This document shows positions 30,825-42,479 of a DNA stretch of 64,000 bases, piece by piece. The stretch covers positions 1,184,001 through 1,248,000 of the forward strand of contig CAXXLL010000003.1 in assembly GCA_963662545.2 (NCBI GenBank). Reading direction: 5' to 3'. The notes under the pieces are model-generated. The model saw only the letters and a list, made by a program, of their open reading frames with translations, was not told the DNA's origin and made no database searches. This DNA is from Gammaproteobacteria bacterium. GTDB lineage: Bacteria; Pseudomonadota; Gammaproteobacteria; Ga0077536. Each line of letters begins with the position of its first letter. Within the stretch, counting starts at the first letter, position 1. A program made the translations under genes and the position numbers.

Positions 30825-31147
30825 GCCTATCTCCTATCGTAGCCCGCGGCGGTCCGGCGAGAGATCGACGACGGCGTCGCCCGAATAACCGCAAAACAGC
30901 CGCTTTTATCCAGTATATTGTGGATCTATGCTGCAATCCATCTATATATAGAGGTGCCGCCATTGCGTGGAACGGCCGCATCGCGGGTCGGCGAGGGCTT
31001 GTCATTGCGGCGCTAGAGGAGGTGCTGCCCGAAACCGCGGGCATTAACGACCAGCAGTCTGTCAATATCGTCCGTCTTTTAGATCGATTTCCGACCGAGC
31101 AACGCCGCGTGTTGCGGCACGTAGGTGTCGAGTGATGCCGCGCCGTT

Positions 31148-31813
31148 TCAGTCTGTCTTGAGGACACGGTCGACGGGTTTTGGCCGGACGCCGAGTACGA
31201 CGATGTTCTTACCGGTTGCCGCGACGTGCTTTTGTTCTTCCATGTCCTTTAGCACTTTACCGACCATCTCCCGGGAACATCCCACCAGCCGCGCAAGCTC
31301 CTGGCGCGTTACGCGAATCTGCATACCGTCGGGATGCGTCATTGCGTCCGGCTGATCACACAGCTCAAGCATGGTGCGCGCGACCCGACCATAGACGTCC
31401 ATAAAAGCGAGGTCGCCCAGCTTACGGTTCGTGTTGCGAAGCCGGCGCGCGAGTTGTGAGGTCATGGCGATGATCAGATCGGGGTAAATTTCGGTTAGTC
31501 CTTTCAGTTTTTTGTATCCGATCTGCGCGATTTCACATTCTCCACGGGCGCGTACCAGGGCCGTGCGGCTTGCGTCTTCGTTGAACAGCCCGATTTCTCC
31601 GAAGAAATCGCCGGGGTTAAGGTACGCCAGCACGATCTCGTGGCCCTTGTCGTCCTCGAGCAGCACCGTCACTGACCCGCGAGTGATGTAATACAGCTCG
31701 CCCGCAGGATCGCCTTGCCGGATGATCGCGGCTTTGGACGGGAATACCCGTCGATGGCAATGCATCAATAGTTTATCGATCGATTGGTCGAGGGTGGACG
31801 TCAACGAAGACAT
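31148..31813 (-). CDS. crp: cAMP receptor protein CRP/Vfr
   Basis: GDFFGEIGLF...RTA, LAFMDVYGRVA, DAMTHPDGMQI, TRQE...VGCSREMVG. Confidence 0.93.
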   Translation of the reverse strand: MSSLTSTLDQSIDKLLMHCHRRVFPSKAAIIRQGDPAGELYYITRGSVTVLLEDDKGHEIVLAYLNPGDFFGEIGLFNEDASRTALVRARGECEIAQIGYKKLKGLTEIYPDLIIAMTSQLARRLRNTNRKLGDLAFMDVYGRVARTMLELCDQPDAMTHPDGMQIRVTRQELARLVGCSREMVGKVLKDMEEQKHVAATGKNIVVLGVRPKPVDRVLKTD

Positions 31814-31927
31814 GTGTGATTACCCCTCGTGCCGTGACCCGATTGGATTCCGATTCGCGACTTATGTGTTTTCACCTGTTCTTGCGAACTCCGATTCACT
31901 GCTCCGGCGTGGTCGATCAGTGCGCAC

Positions 31928-32464
31928 CTACTCGTCATTCCACCGTTCGCTTTTAAAAGAATAGCGTAATTGACGGCGGGACGCCGTCGGCGACCAGTTG
32001 CCGTTCATTTCTTCATAGATCTGGAACATGCGTATAAGGTGACCGTTCCGGATCGCGAATTCGTCGTTGCCGCGATAACCGAGTTTCTGCGCATCGTCCA
32101 GATCGGCAACGCGCAGAGGCTGCAGGAGATGTTCGTTCCAGCTATAAACGTGGATCTTGGCTAAATGGCCGTCCGGATGACTGAAGGTCACTACCACTTC
32201 GAATCCGCCGTCCTCGTTCAAATCTGCAACGAAACTGTTTGACAGCGTGCCCGTGTAAGACGCAGTCAGGCGCGACAGCAACAGTTCCTCGTTCTCGACG
32301 GTGACCTGGTAATCCGCGTCTGACAACACCGATTGAGCATCCGGTGCGACCGTCACCCGGTAGTTCCCGAACTGGTGTTGGCCGACGGCGTAGGCCGGCA
32401 GCGGGCTCAGGGCCGCTGCCGCCACGAGCAGCGCGGCGGTTACGATCGATAACGATTCATACAT
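31928..32464 (-). CDS. Exported protein, possibly a PliI-like lysozyme inhibitor
   Basis: Signal peptide; ADLNEDGGFEVVV and GYRGNDEF motifs. Confidence 0.55.
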   Translation of the reverse strand: MYESLSIVTAALLVAAAALSPLPAYAVGQHQFGNYRVTVAPDAQSVLSDADYQVTVENEELLLSRLTASYTGTLSNSFVADLNEDGGFEVVVTFSHPDGHLAKIHVYSWNEHLLQPLRVADLDDAQKLGYRGNDEFAIRNGHLIRMFQIYEEMNGNWSPTASRRQLRYSFKSERWNDE

Positions 32465-32596
32465 TTTGACAACGGTGCCTCCGAAACGGCTTGGGGGTGA
32501 TTTCCCTGGGCTATTCTACGTCCGCGGACGCGTACTTCCACGCCACTTGCCCGCACCACGGCGCGCGTCACCACTCGATTTATTCGCCCTCGGCGC

Positions 32597-32624
32597 TTGA
32601 CATTCATGAGTTCGCCGCTATATT
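32597..32624 (+). promoter_or_regulatory. groESL promoter
   Basis: TTGACA-N16-TATATT immediately before the CIRCE. Confidence 0.6.
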
Positions 32625-32625
32625 T

Positions 32626-32652
32626 CTGGCACTACTCAAGGGAGAGTGCTAA
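32626..32652. promoter_or_regulatory. CIRCE (HrcA operator)
   Basis: CTGGCACTA-N9-GAGTGCTAA vs consensus TTAGCACTC-N9-GAGTGCTAA. Confidence 0.85.
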
Positions 32653-32714
32653 TAGCGCTCAATCAAAACCATTAAAATCAATCAGTTAAAAATCGTTTGA
32701 GGAGAAAATAAGGT

Positions 32715-33002
32715 ATGAAGATTCGACCCCTACACGATCGAGTCATCGTTAAGCGCTGGGATGAGGAAAAGACCTCGCCCGGCGGTATCGTGATCCCCGA
32801 CTCCGCCGCCGAAAAGCCGATCAAGGGCGAGGTGGTGGCCGTGGGCAACGGAAAGATACTGGAAAACGGTGAACAGCGCCCACTCGACCTGAAAGTCGGC
32901 GACAAGATTCTTTTCGGAAAATATTCCGGAACTGAAGTCAAAGTCGACGACGAGGAACTCCTCGTCATGCGCGAAGACGACATCATGGCTGTATTCGACT
33001 GA
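32715..33002 (+). CDS. groES: Co-chaperonin GroES
   Basis: [30 protein letters not shown]. Confidence 0.98.
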   Translation: MKIRPLHDRVIVKRWDEEKTSPGGIVIPDSAAEKPIKGEVVAVGNGKILENGEQRPLDLKVGDKILFGKYSGTEVKVDDEELLVMREDDIMAVFD

Positions 33003-33014
33003 AACTGCGGCTAA

Positions 33015-34688
<1,674 letters not shown>

Positions 34689-34716
34689 GCCAGTTTCACC
34701 CAGACCTTTCTCGTTC

Positions 34717-34748
34717 AGAACCCCGCTCAGGCGGGGTTCTTTTTTTTT
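34717..34748 (+). terminator. Intrinsic terminator after groEL
   Basis: AGAACCCCGC-TCAG-GCGGGGTTCT followed by a T-run. Confidence 0.92.
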
Positions 34749-34847
34749 ACCGTTTGGATAAAGGCTCGCCCACCTATTGGCGTGCGACCACGCGCGGCGA
34801 TTTCTGCCCATTTGCGACACGTCTGTCGCCCCCGTGGGACATACTGT

Positions 34848-34873
34848 TTAGCAGCCCTCTCTGAGACTGCTAC
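34848..34873. promoter_or_regulatory. CIRCE-like inverted repeat
   Basis: TTAGCAGCC-N8-GACTGCTAC; spacer one base shorter than CIRCE. Confidence 0.35.
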
Positions 34874-34924
34874 ATGATCTCTTAATTTCAGTCACTTAGG
34901 GTGTGTAATTGATTAAAGATCTCA

Positions 34925-34940
34925 TGGCACGATAATTGGA
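34925..34940 (+). promoter_or_regulatory. Possible sigma-54 promoter
   Basis: TGGCACG-ATAA-TTGGA: perfect -24 element, GG instead of GC at -12. Confidence 0.4.
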
Positions 34941-35028
34941 TCACATTGGTCGAACGCGCTTAAGGGAATCGGACGGCGAAGCCGTTAAAGGTTCCAGGAG
35001 AGCTGAAATCGAGTCAGGAGCTTGTACC

Positions 35029-35652
35029 GTGAGCACCACCGACCTAAGTTTGATCACGTCCATTAGCGTTCGCGAGCACTTTCGCGATGCGCTGGAGACA
35101 GCCACTCATAACCAGGAAGTCGAACTCGGCAATACGACTTTCGTCTACGTCGTCAATCTTCTGACCGAATATTGTGATTCGCGCGCGCTCAATGCCGTAT
35201 CCGACGACGGCCGGCATATCAAACCACTGGCGTTGATCTACGCCGAGGCGATCAGCGCGCCCTTACCCGACCACCGCAATCGCGCCCTGCAGAAGCTCGG
35301 TGACATCGCGTTGTTCATCGGCGGCCTGTTCACTGACAGTCTTCGCCGCCGCGTCGTCGACATCGACTATTACATCGGCATGGGTGAGGCTGCCTACGGC
35401 GCTCTCCACGCTTCGATGCCGGCAGGAACCGACCGGTTTCTGACCGCTGAATTGTTCGATGACCTGTGCCAAAAGTTCGCGGTGCTGGTGGATCTGCTCG
35501 GCGAAATAGGGGAGATGAGCGGTCTCAAATCGAACAGTGACGTATTACGCGCCTACGAAATCTGGCTAAAGACCGGCAGCGACCGTGCACGACGGCAACT
35601 CATTCGTAACGGCATTCAACCCCTGACCATGAACCCGTCGGCCGTTCATTAG
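35029..35652 (+). CDS. Hypothetical helical protein
   Basis: AGGAG RBS + GTG; motif-like LGDIALFIGGLFTDS...VDIDYYIGMG..AY. Confidence 0.8.
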   Translation: MSTTDLSLITSISVREHFRDALETATHNQEVELGNTTFVYVVNLLTEYCDSRALNAVSDDGRHIKPLALIYAEAISAPLPDHRNRALQKLGDIALFIGGLFTDSLRRRVVDIDYYIGMGEAAYGALHASMPAGTDRFLTAELFDDLCQKFAVLVDLLGEIGEMSGLKSNSDVLRAYEIWLKTGSDRARRQLIRNGIQPLTMNPSAVH

Positions 35653-35655
35653 GAA

Positions 35656-36312
35656 ATGACCGACATGCTGTTGACTCGCCTTCAGCACCAATTGTCCGCG
35701 CTTTACGAAACGCCGGTAGAGCATTGCATCATGGACTTCCTCGTGACTGACGCCCGGCTCGCAGCGTCCCTGGCCGCCGATACTTCAGGGCAGCAAAAGC
35801 GCGAGCAGCTGTTATTGCGACAGTCCGACGGATGTCTCGATATCTCATTATATATCGATCAAGATATCCTGAATGCGCTGGCCGATGAAGATCCTTGTGA
35901 GCGGCTTACCGCCAACAATCTGAACGATTTTTTAGTCGCATTGGAAGGCGTCAGTCACTTCAATTACGTGCTTTGGAACGCGGTTTACGAAAAATCCGTA
36001 ACCCAGCTCGAACTCGAACTGCAGGCTGAAGTCGATAAGTTCGTAACCACCACGATGCTGCTGTTCAATCAAGGCGCATATGGCGCACTGGAGTCGTTTC
36101 ACGAAGCGCTGTTTACGAACGTAAGCTTCGATAGCGAGCTAAACGAACAGGACGAAGCGCGCTACCGCGCGGCCAATCACTACGCTGCGAAATACTGCGA
36201 CGGTCTGAGCCGACGGTTTCCTCGAAAGCACCGAGAACCGTCGTTCATCAACGAACTCCGGCGGTTCTATCGCATGCCGCAGAACGAAAAAATCAGAATG
36301 ATCGAAAGCTGA
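35656..36312 (+). CDS. Hypothetical protein coupled to the upstream gene
   Basis: Starts 3 bp after the upstream stop; motif-like LEGVSHF, LELELQAEVDKF, RY..AN.YA, ELRRFYR. Confidence 0.8.
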   Translation: MTDMLLTRLQHQLSALYETPVEHCIMDFLVTDARLAASLAADTSGQQKREQLLLRQSDGCLDISLYIDQDILNALADEDPCERLTANNLNDFLVALEGVSHFNYVLWNAVYEKSVTQLELELQAEVDKFVTTTMLLFNQGAYGALESFHEALFTNVSFDSELNEQDEARYRAANHYAAKYCDGLSRRFPRKHREPSFINELRRFYRMPQNEKIRMIES

Positions 36313-36371
36313 GAATGCCGGTTGATTCTCGGATTTAAGTAGCGAGGCGCACTTTTGTTGCAAATGCCCGT

Positions 36372-36710
36372 TTAGTCCCGGATTTTCTTGTGCAGATGCG
36401 GAAGAGTCTCCGGTTTGCCCCGGATCATATATCGGTGCTCGTCCCCGGTTGCCGTAACGTTTTCGTACACGCCCTCGTCGCGTTTGACGAGCTTGGTAAA
36501 CCCGGTGTTCTTGTAGGTGGAGTTACCGGTTGGGAAGGAGATGGCGACGGTGGACATGAGCTTTCTGACGGGGGCGTCGAAATCGGTCTCAGCCAGGGGT
36601 CTTTGCGCAGCAAAACAGAGTTCGCCCCAATTTCTGATGACGAAATCCATATCGTGTTTGACGGTTACGGTTTCACCGTTAGCCTCGCAAATATATTCGT
36701 AATTTGGCAT
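36372..36710 (-). CDS. Zinc-ribbon (FmdB-like) domain protein
   Basis: MPNYEYIC..NG, WGELC, GFTKLVKRDEGVYENVT. Confidence 0.8.
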   Translation of the reverse strand: MPNYEYICEANGETVTVKHDMDFVIRNWGELCFAAQRPLAETDFDAPVRKLMSTVAISFPTGNSTYKNTGFTKLVKRDEGVYENVTATGDEHRYMIRGKPETLPHLHKKIRD

Positions 36711-36841
36711 CGTTTCGGTCGCCCGGAATCACAAGTGAAAGGGCTGATAATTAGCGTCGTTTCAGGCCCCCGATCAGTTTAGCAGCCTTCGACCTCGAAT
36801 CTTTAACGCGGATATCTCAGCAAGATTGGGGATAGTGCCAT

Positions 36842-37567
36842 TCAATCCTTTTCCTTTATCCGCGCGAGAAATTCGCCCACACTGCTCGACCGATTATCCC
36901 CGATTGCCTGGGCGAGATCGCCGTGATCGTCGAGTGGTGGAAAATTCAAGCCTTGGCGGCGGCAATACGCGGCAACCGGCGGATGCGTCCACTCAAAAGC
37001 CAGGCGGGAGAAATCCTCGTCGCTGATCCGGCGCCGTTCGTAAAAGCCGGCAGCCCGCCTCTGACGCATGGCTTCGTACAAGATCAATGCGGTCGCGACC
37101 GAGACATTCAACGATTCGACTACACCCTGGACGGGGATACGAACGCAAGTGTCGGCGCCCTCGACCGCTTTCTCCGACAAGCCGTCGAGTTCGTTGCCGA
37201 CCGCGATCGCGGTCGGCCTTGTATAGTCAATCTGATCGAATTCGATCGCATCGGCGCGGAGGACGGTCGCGACGATGGCGAAACCCTCGTGTTTGAGATG
37301 TCGGTAGGCGTCTGCGATACTCGCATGCGTAGCGACCGCTACCCACTTCTCGGCGCCGCTGGCGCGTTTATGTCCCAAATGAAGGTGCCCATCGCGACTG
37401 ACTGCGTGAATCCATCCGATCCCGACGGCATCGCAGGTGCGGGCGATGGCGGCGAGATTATGGGTTTTGTGCACGCCATCCATGATTATCGTCAGATCGG
37501 GTTGACGACGGTTCAGCATCTCCACAATGCGTTGATATCGTGTGTTAGTCACCACTATTTGCTGCAT
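36842..37567 (-). CDS. trmH: tRNA (guanosine(18)-2'-O)-methyltransferase
   Basis: RRQPDLT, HKTHNLAAI.RTCDAVG, GNELDG, SLNVSVA..ILYEA.RQR. Confidence 0.92.
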   Translation of the reverse strand: MQQIVVTNTRYQRIVEMLNRRQPDLTIIMDGVHKTHNLAAIARTCDAVGIGWIHAVSRDGHLHLGHKRASGAEKWVAVATHASIADAYRHLKHEGFAIVATVLRADAIEFDQIDYTRPTAIAVGNELDGLSEKAVEGADTCVRIPVQGVVESLNVSVATALILYEAMRQRRAAGFYERRRISDEDFSRLAFEWTHPPVAAYCRRQGLNFPPLDDHGDLAQAIGDNRSSSVGEFLARIKEKD

Positions 37568-37605
37568 TCGGTGACGTCGTTTTCACGCGTAATCGATCGC
37601 AACGC

Positions 37606-37827
37606 CTATTTGGCAGACAAAACCGCACTCACTGACGCGTAGGTTGAAACGCAATAGGGAACGCAGAAGGTCAACATCATTTTCATCCATTCATTGGGCA
37701 GAATAGCTCCGATGATCAGTCGATCACCATAATTGATAGCGATCAGAATGGTACCGACTATCATGGCGACCTTGCTCGAGCGGGTAACAATATCCCGGCG
37801 CGTCGCAATCCGCAGCCACTCAATCAT
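37606..37827 (-). CDS. nrtS: NrtS family small membrane protein
   Basis: VA.IVGTIL.AIN.GD and LTF.VPYCVSTY signature. Confidence 0.75.
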   Translation of the reverse strand: MIEWLRIATRRDIVTRSSKVAMIVGTILIAINYGDRLIIGAILPNEWMKMMLTFCVPYCVSTYASVSAVLSAK

Positions 37828-37899
37828 ATTCCAGCCGAATCGAGCCGGGTGTAGCAATTGGTCGATTCAAAACGCATTGTTCCGTCTCGCAATCAGGAC

Positions 37900-38316
37900 T
37901 CAATAACGGCCGCGTCGACGCAGCCGATCGTGTCCTTTACTGCGCTCGGTAGAACCGTTGAGAATCGATCCGAGCGCACTCCAGAAACCATCGTTGCGTG
38001 ACGTTTCGACTGTGCCCGAAGGCGCTGATGGTTTCACTTGCCGATCGGCTTGACTGACCGCTTCGGTAACGGGTTGAGCGGGCGCGTTCTGTACAAGACA
38101 TGATTTGAGCGCCGTACGTCGCACGAGAGCACGCTCTTTGGATTGCAATGGAGACTCGCTTTGAGCCTGCATCTCGGCCACCATCGCCGCCGCATGGACT
38201 TCACAATATTTTTCGATGTCGCGGCTTTCGTCGGCGAAGGCCCTACCCCATGCGATGTAGACACCGATGACACAAACTGATGCAGATAACCAAGCGATAT
38301 GAATTCTTGTTTTCAT
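37900..38316 (-). CDS. Hypothetical exported protein
   Basis: Signal peptide ending AFA-D; two Cys in the mature part. Confidence 0.65.
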   Translation of the reverse strand: MKTRIHIAWLSASVCVIGVYIAWGRAFADESRDIEKYCEVHAAAMVAEMQAQSESPLQSKERALVRRTALKSCLVQNAPAQPVTEAVSQADRQVKPSAPSGTVETSRNDGFWSALGSILNGSTERSKGHDRLRRRGRY

Positions 38317-38539
38317 AAGGCCTTATACTTACTCCACACAAAGCGTGCCGATATTCGAACGCGCTCGAATCATGTGCATGATTGAAATCGAACCGCTGCG
38401 ACACCCAGCCGCATATGCCAACGCTGAGTTGAACCACCGCCGTACATGATACATTGGCACCCGTTTGTCATGCGGTCAATTGTCGGCCGCCGGTTTCATA
38501 AACAATGGCGCCGCGCGGCCATTCGACGACTGTATCGAC

Positions 38540-39466
38540 GTGATTGAAACTTCCGGCCTGATCTATGAATACCCCAGGCTGCGCGCGCTGGACGATGTTA
38601 GCTTTTCGGTCGAGGCCGGCACGATCACGGCCTTGGTTGGCCCGAACGGCGCGGGCAAGACCACGCTCATGCGCTGCCTCGCCGGAATGGACCGGCCGCT
38701 GGCAGGTTCGATCGTGGTAAACGGTGTAGATGTCATCGAAGAACCGCGTCGAAGCCACGAGTCGATCGGCTATCTGTCGGATTTCTTCGGGCTCTACGAC
38801 GATTTGACCGTAGGCCAGTCGCTCACCTACGTGGCGAGCGCGAATGGCGTCGACCCATCCGGAGTCGCATCCGTCGTAAATCAGACGGCAACGGATCTCG
38901 GGCTCGCAGAGCGCCTCGATCAGCGTGCAGGGGATCTGTCGCGCGGCCTGCGCCAGCGCGTCGCGATCGCGCACGCGATCATCCATGCGCCGCGCGTAGT
39001 CATACTCGACGAACCGGCTTCCGGACTCGATCCTGAAGCGCGCTATGAACTCGGTGAATTGTTTCTGAACCTGCGAAGCCGCGGTCTTACCTTGCTTATC
39101 TCATCTCACATATTGTCGGAGCTGGAAGCGTATTCAACCCATATGCTGATTCTTCGGGAGGGGCGCCTGATCGAACATCGTGCGCTCGATACGAACCTGG
39201 AATCGCGATCCCAGATGGAAATTGAAATTGTCGGCGAAGATACGCGATTGATAGCAACGCTCGAAGGGCACGACCGCATCTCGGCGCTGGAACGTTCCGA
39301 GCATGGCTGGCGCTTCGTGTTCGCCGGCGGCGCAAGCGACCGCGCGGCGCTGCTCAGAACGCTAGTCGACCTAGGGCTTGAGGTTTCGAGCTTCGCCCCC
39401 GTAACCGAAGACCTCCAGCAGTCATATCTCCGGTCAATAGGCCGGCTGAATGATGATGAATCCTGA
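38540..39466 (+). CDS. ABC transporter ATP-binding protein
   Basis: GPNGAGKT, LSRGLRQR, ILDEPASGLDP, SSHILSE. Confidence 0.95.
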   Translation: MIETSGLIYEYPRLRALDDVSFSVEAGTITALVGPNGAGKTTLMRCLAGMDRPLAGSIVVNGVDVIEEPRRSHESIGYLSDFFGLYDDLTVGQSLTYVASANGVDPSGVASVVNQTATDLGLAERLDQRAGDLSRGLRQRVAIAHAIIHAPRVVILDEPASGLDPEARYELGELFLNLRSRGLTLLISSHILSELEAYSTHMLILREGRLIEHRALDTNLESRSQMEIEIVGEDTRLIATLEGHDRISALERSEHGWRFVFAGGASDRAALLRTLVDLGLEVSSFAPVTEDLQQSYLRSIGRLNDDES

Positions 39467-40757
39467 ACTCAAACGTAATCTCTGGCTCGAGCTCAGCGCA
39501 CACCGGTTGATACTCGCGCCGGTAGTCATTTTCGCGATCGCGTTCGCCGCCCGGGCGATGCTGCCTTCGTTGGCCCTGTTCGGGTTCGTCCTTATCGCGG
39601 TGTTCTGGGGCGCACGGCAGGCCGCCGCCGCCGTCATCGAAGAAGCGCGGGAGAGGACCTGGGACATTCAGCGAATGTCGTCGATGGATCCCTGGGCCAT
39701 GACCTGGGGCAAGCTCCTCGGAGCGACGTCAATCGCTTGGTATGGCGGCGCAATCTGTCTCGTCATCTACCTCGGAAGCGGTTCTGGCGCCGATCAAGGA
39801 CAGCGTCTCATGACGGCCGGCAGCGTCGTTTTCGGCGCGCTCCTTGCACAGACCGCGGCGATGACCGCGGGATTGGTGGGCATGCGTTTGCAGCGGCGCA
39901 TCAATACGCGGTTCAGCAATACCTTGCTCGTGGTGGTATTGCTCGTGGTCCTCGGGCAGGTACTGGACGTATTCGATGCCACCGATGGGATCCTCTGGTA
40001 CGGCATCGCGGCCGACCGGTTGACGTTCATCGCATGTTCGACCGCAGTGTTCGCCGCGTGGGGCATCATCGGCGCCTACCGCGCCATGTGCACCGAGCTC
40101 CAGGTCCGAACAACGCCCTGGTTGTGGATCGGTTTCGCGCTGTTTATAGGCCTCTACGCCACGGGGTTCTCGACGGGATTCGAACCGACGCTGACGAATA
40201 TCGCGATGCGCGCGGCGTCCAACGCAGCGGTTGCCGCGATCGTTCTGAGTTATGTCGCCGCCTTCTCCGCACCCCGCGATCCCATCGATTACCGACGCGT
40301 GCTGCGATCGCTCATCGGCGGGAGAATCAAACGCGCGGTCGAGGAAATGCCGTTGTGGTCCTCCTCGGCAATGCTTGCCCTGTTCCTGGGACTGGTTAAC
40401 CTGGCGGGTGGTTCCGCGCCCTATTTGAGCAACGAACGTTTCGACAATCTTGGATCGGCCGCCCTGGCGCTGGCGTTCATGATGTTGCGCGACGTGGCCT
40501 TACTGACCTATTTCAGTTTCAGTTCGCCGGCGCGGCGCACGGTGGGAATGACCGTAATTTACATCTTAATGCTGGATGCCTTGATTCCTGCGATCCTGAA
40601 ATTGGCGAATCTCGACCTGCTCGCCACCGTGGTCATGCCCACATCGGCGATGTACGACACGCCGATATCCGCCGTCGTCGTCTTTGCCGTTCATCTGGTT
40701 ATTGCCGCAACACTGGCCGTACGGGCCTACCGCGCGGCGCTGCCCTCCTTCAATTGA
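39450..40757 (+). CDS. ABC-2-type permease-like membrane protein
   Basis: NPELKRNLWLE; E.RERTWD.QRMS...GKLLG; many TM helices; overlaps the ATPase. Confidence 0.8.
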   Translation: MMMNPELKRNLWLELSAHRLILAPVVIFAIAFAARAMLPSLALFGFVLIAVFWGARQAAAAVIEEARERTWDIQRMSSMDPWAMTWGKLLGATSIAWYGGAICLVIYLGSGSGADQGQRLMTAGSVVFGALLAQTAAMTAGLVGMRLQRRINTRFSNTLLVVVLLVVLGQVLDVFDATDGILWYGIAADRLTFIACSTAVFAAWGIIGAYRAMCTELQVRTTPWLWIGFALFIGLYATGFSTGFEPTLTNIAMRAASNAAVAAIVLSYVAAFSAPRDPIDYRRVLRSLIGGRIKRAVEEMPLWSSSAMLALFLGLVNLAGGSAPYLSNERFDNLGSAALALAFMMLRDVALLTYFSFSSPARRTVGMTVIYILMLDALIPAILKLANLDLLATVVMPTSAMYDTPISAVVVFAVHLVIAATLAVRAYRAALPSFN

Positions 40758-41943
40758 CGAGATGATCGAAGATTCGAAAACCGGCAACGTAAGTTCCGAT
40801 TGCCGATCCGAGGGTGCTCAGAAAAAACACGAGCAAGGTGCGCGCGACGCGATTCTTGCGCCAGCCGGCCAGCGTCGTGGTGTCCCGGCGCAATTCACCG
40901 AAGTCCGCGACCGTTGGCTTACGGATCCACGCCTCGACCAGCGCCGTGACCATGCCGGCACCGATCGTGGGATTCAGTGAAGTCAACGGCGCACCCACGA
41001 AACCGCTCAGCATCGTCAGCGGATGTCCTCCAGCTATCGCAACGCCCAGCGTGGCGAGACCGCCGTTGATCAATACCCATTCCATAACGAGCGTCCATCC
41101 GAGTTCGGGACTCCGATAAAAACCGACGCTAAACCCAGCCAGTATGAGCGCAACGATGATCCACGGGATAAACTTAAACCAGCGCCGCGCCGGTGGATTT
41201 TCCTCGAGTTCGCGCATGCGCCGCCGTCGATCTTCGAATCCCTGATCGAGGTATCGCTGAATCCCCTTCAAATGGCCGGCGCCGACGATGGCGAGCATGC
41301 GCCCCGAACGACCATCGCTCAGCTCGAGCAATTGTGCGGCCATATACTGGTCGCGCTCGTCGATCAGCGGCCCGTAAATTGCGCCCGCGCTATCAGCAAA
41401 CTGCGCGAAGGTGCTTTCCAGCATATCGCCTTCCTTCAATGCCTCGATATCTTCCTCGGAGATTTCGTCGTCCACGACGACGCTCGCGAACAAGCCGGAG
41501 AACAAATATAGACGCTTCCACCACGGCACGTTTCGATAGATCCTGCGAAGCGTCGTGCCAATATCACGGTCGATAAGATGGAGTTCCAACTTATGCTTAG
41601 CCGCACCGTCGATCGCCGCGCGCATTTCCGCCCCGGGCTCGATGCCGAATTGTTCGGCGATCCGTTGTTGAAAGGCGCCCATGGCGAGCATGGCCGTTAC
41701 CATCGGCGCCTTGCCCGCCCGAATGACCTCGAAAAGATTCATGCGGCCGAGTGCGCCGGGATCGACTATGCCGCGATGCCGGTTGGAACAGAGCTCGACG
41801 GCTATTTGATCGTAAGCGCCAGAATCGATCTCCCGGGCGACCGCTTCGACGCTCGTGCGCGACACGTGAGCCGTACCGAGCAAGCGCAACTCTAAGGCTC
41901 CGAGCGCAATGTCCGCGATCGGTTGTCCGTCTAGCGAATTCAT
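40750..41943 (-). CDS. TraB/GumN family protein
   Basis: LLGTAHVS, VELC..R, PGAEM.AA, LIDERD.YM, VGAGHLKG; C-terminal TMs. Confidence 0.92.
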   Translation of the reverse strand: MNSLDGQPIADIALGALELRLLGTAHVSRTSVEAVAREIDSGAYDQIAVELCSNRHRGIVDPGALGRMNLFEVIRAGKAPMVTAMLAMGAFQQRIAEQFGIEPGAEMRAAIDGAAKHKLELHLIDRDIGTTLRRIYRNVPWWKRLYLFSGLFASVVVDDEISEEDIEALKEGDMLESTFAQFADSAGAIYGPLIDERDQYMAAQLLELSDGRSGRMLAIVGAGHLKGIQRYLDQGFEDRRRRMRELEENPPARRWFKFIPWIIVALILAGFSVGFYRSPELGWTLVMEWVLINGGLATLGVAIAGGHPLTMLSGFVGAPLTSLNPTIGAGMVTALVEAWIRKPTVADFGELRRDTTTLAGWRKNRVARTLLVFFLSTLGSAIGTYVAGFRIFDHLVN

Positions 41944-42479
41944 AGTTCAGGTTCTTTACCGGGATCTACCGCAAATCCGTAACGCAACCAGTTGCGGCCG
42001 AGCAGCAGCTTTTCGCCTGAACGACTGCGATCGTTCAGATTAGTCAGTACCCGATACGCTGTGCCCCGGTGCCGTACAGTGAGGTAGACGTGGTAGCGAA
42101 GTTCACGACAATCAGCCGTGCGAATACCGCGCACCTCTTCGATTTTTGCGGTCACTTGGCGACGTTCGCCATCGTGATTGACGAGAAAAAACCGCGCCAT
42201 TTTGCCAGCGTCCTCGCGCGACGGCTCATCGCCGCCGCCGATCACCGCGATCTCCTGCGCGTTGATCGACGATACGGTGGCGCCCGTATCCAAACGCGCC
42301 ACAAACTCGAGGCCCGCCTCGTGAACCATCACCGTTGCCAGCGGTGGCAGTACATTCAGCCGCGCCCACCAGGCGCCGGCAGAGAACCCGGCGCCGGCCG
42401 ACAAAAGGGCGGCGAAGGCACTTGTTGCGACATATTTTTTCAAGGGTTTCGATCCAGCGCCCGAGTCGATTCGGCTCAA
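41940..42479 (-). CDS. RimK-associated retropepsin-like (putative ATP-dependent zinc) protease
   Basis: ARLDTGA..SSI.A, L.DRS...LLGRNWL. Confidence 0.8.
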   Translation of the reverse strand: MSRIDSGAGSKPLKKYVATSAFAALLSAGAGFSAGAWWARLNVLPPLATVMVHEAGLEFVARLDTGATVSSINAQEIAVIGGGDEPSREDAGKMARFFLVNHDGERRQVTAKIEEVRGIRTADCRELRYHVYLTVRHRGTAYRVLTNLNDRSRSGEKLLLGRNWLRYGFAVDPGKEPEL

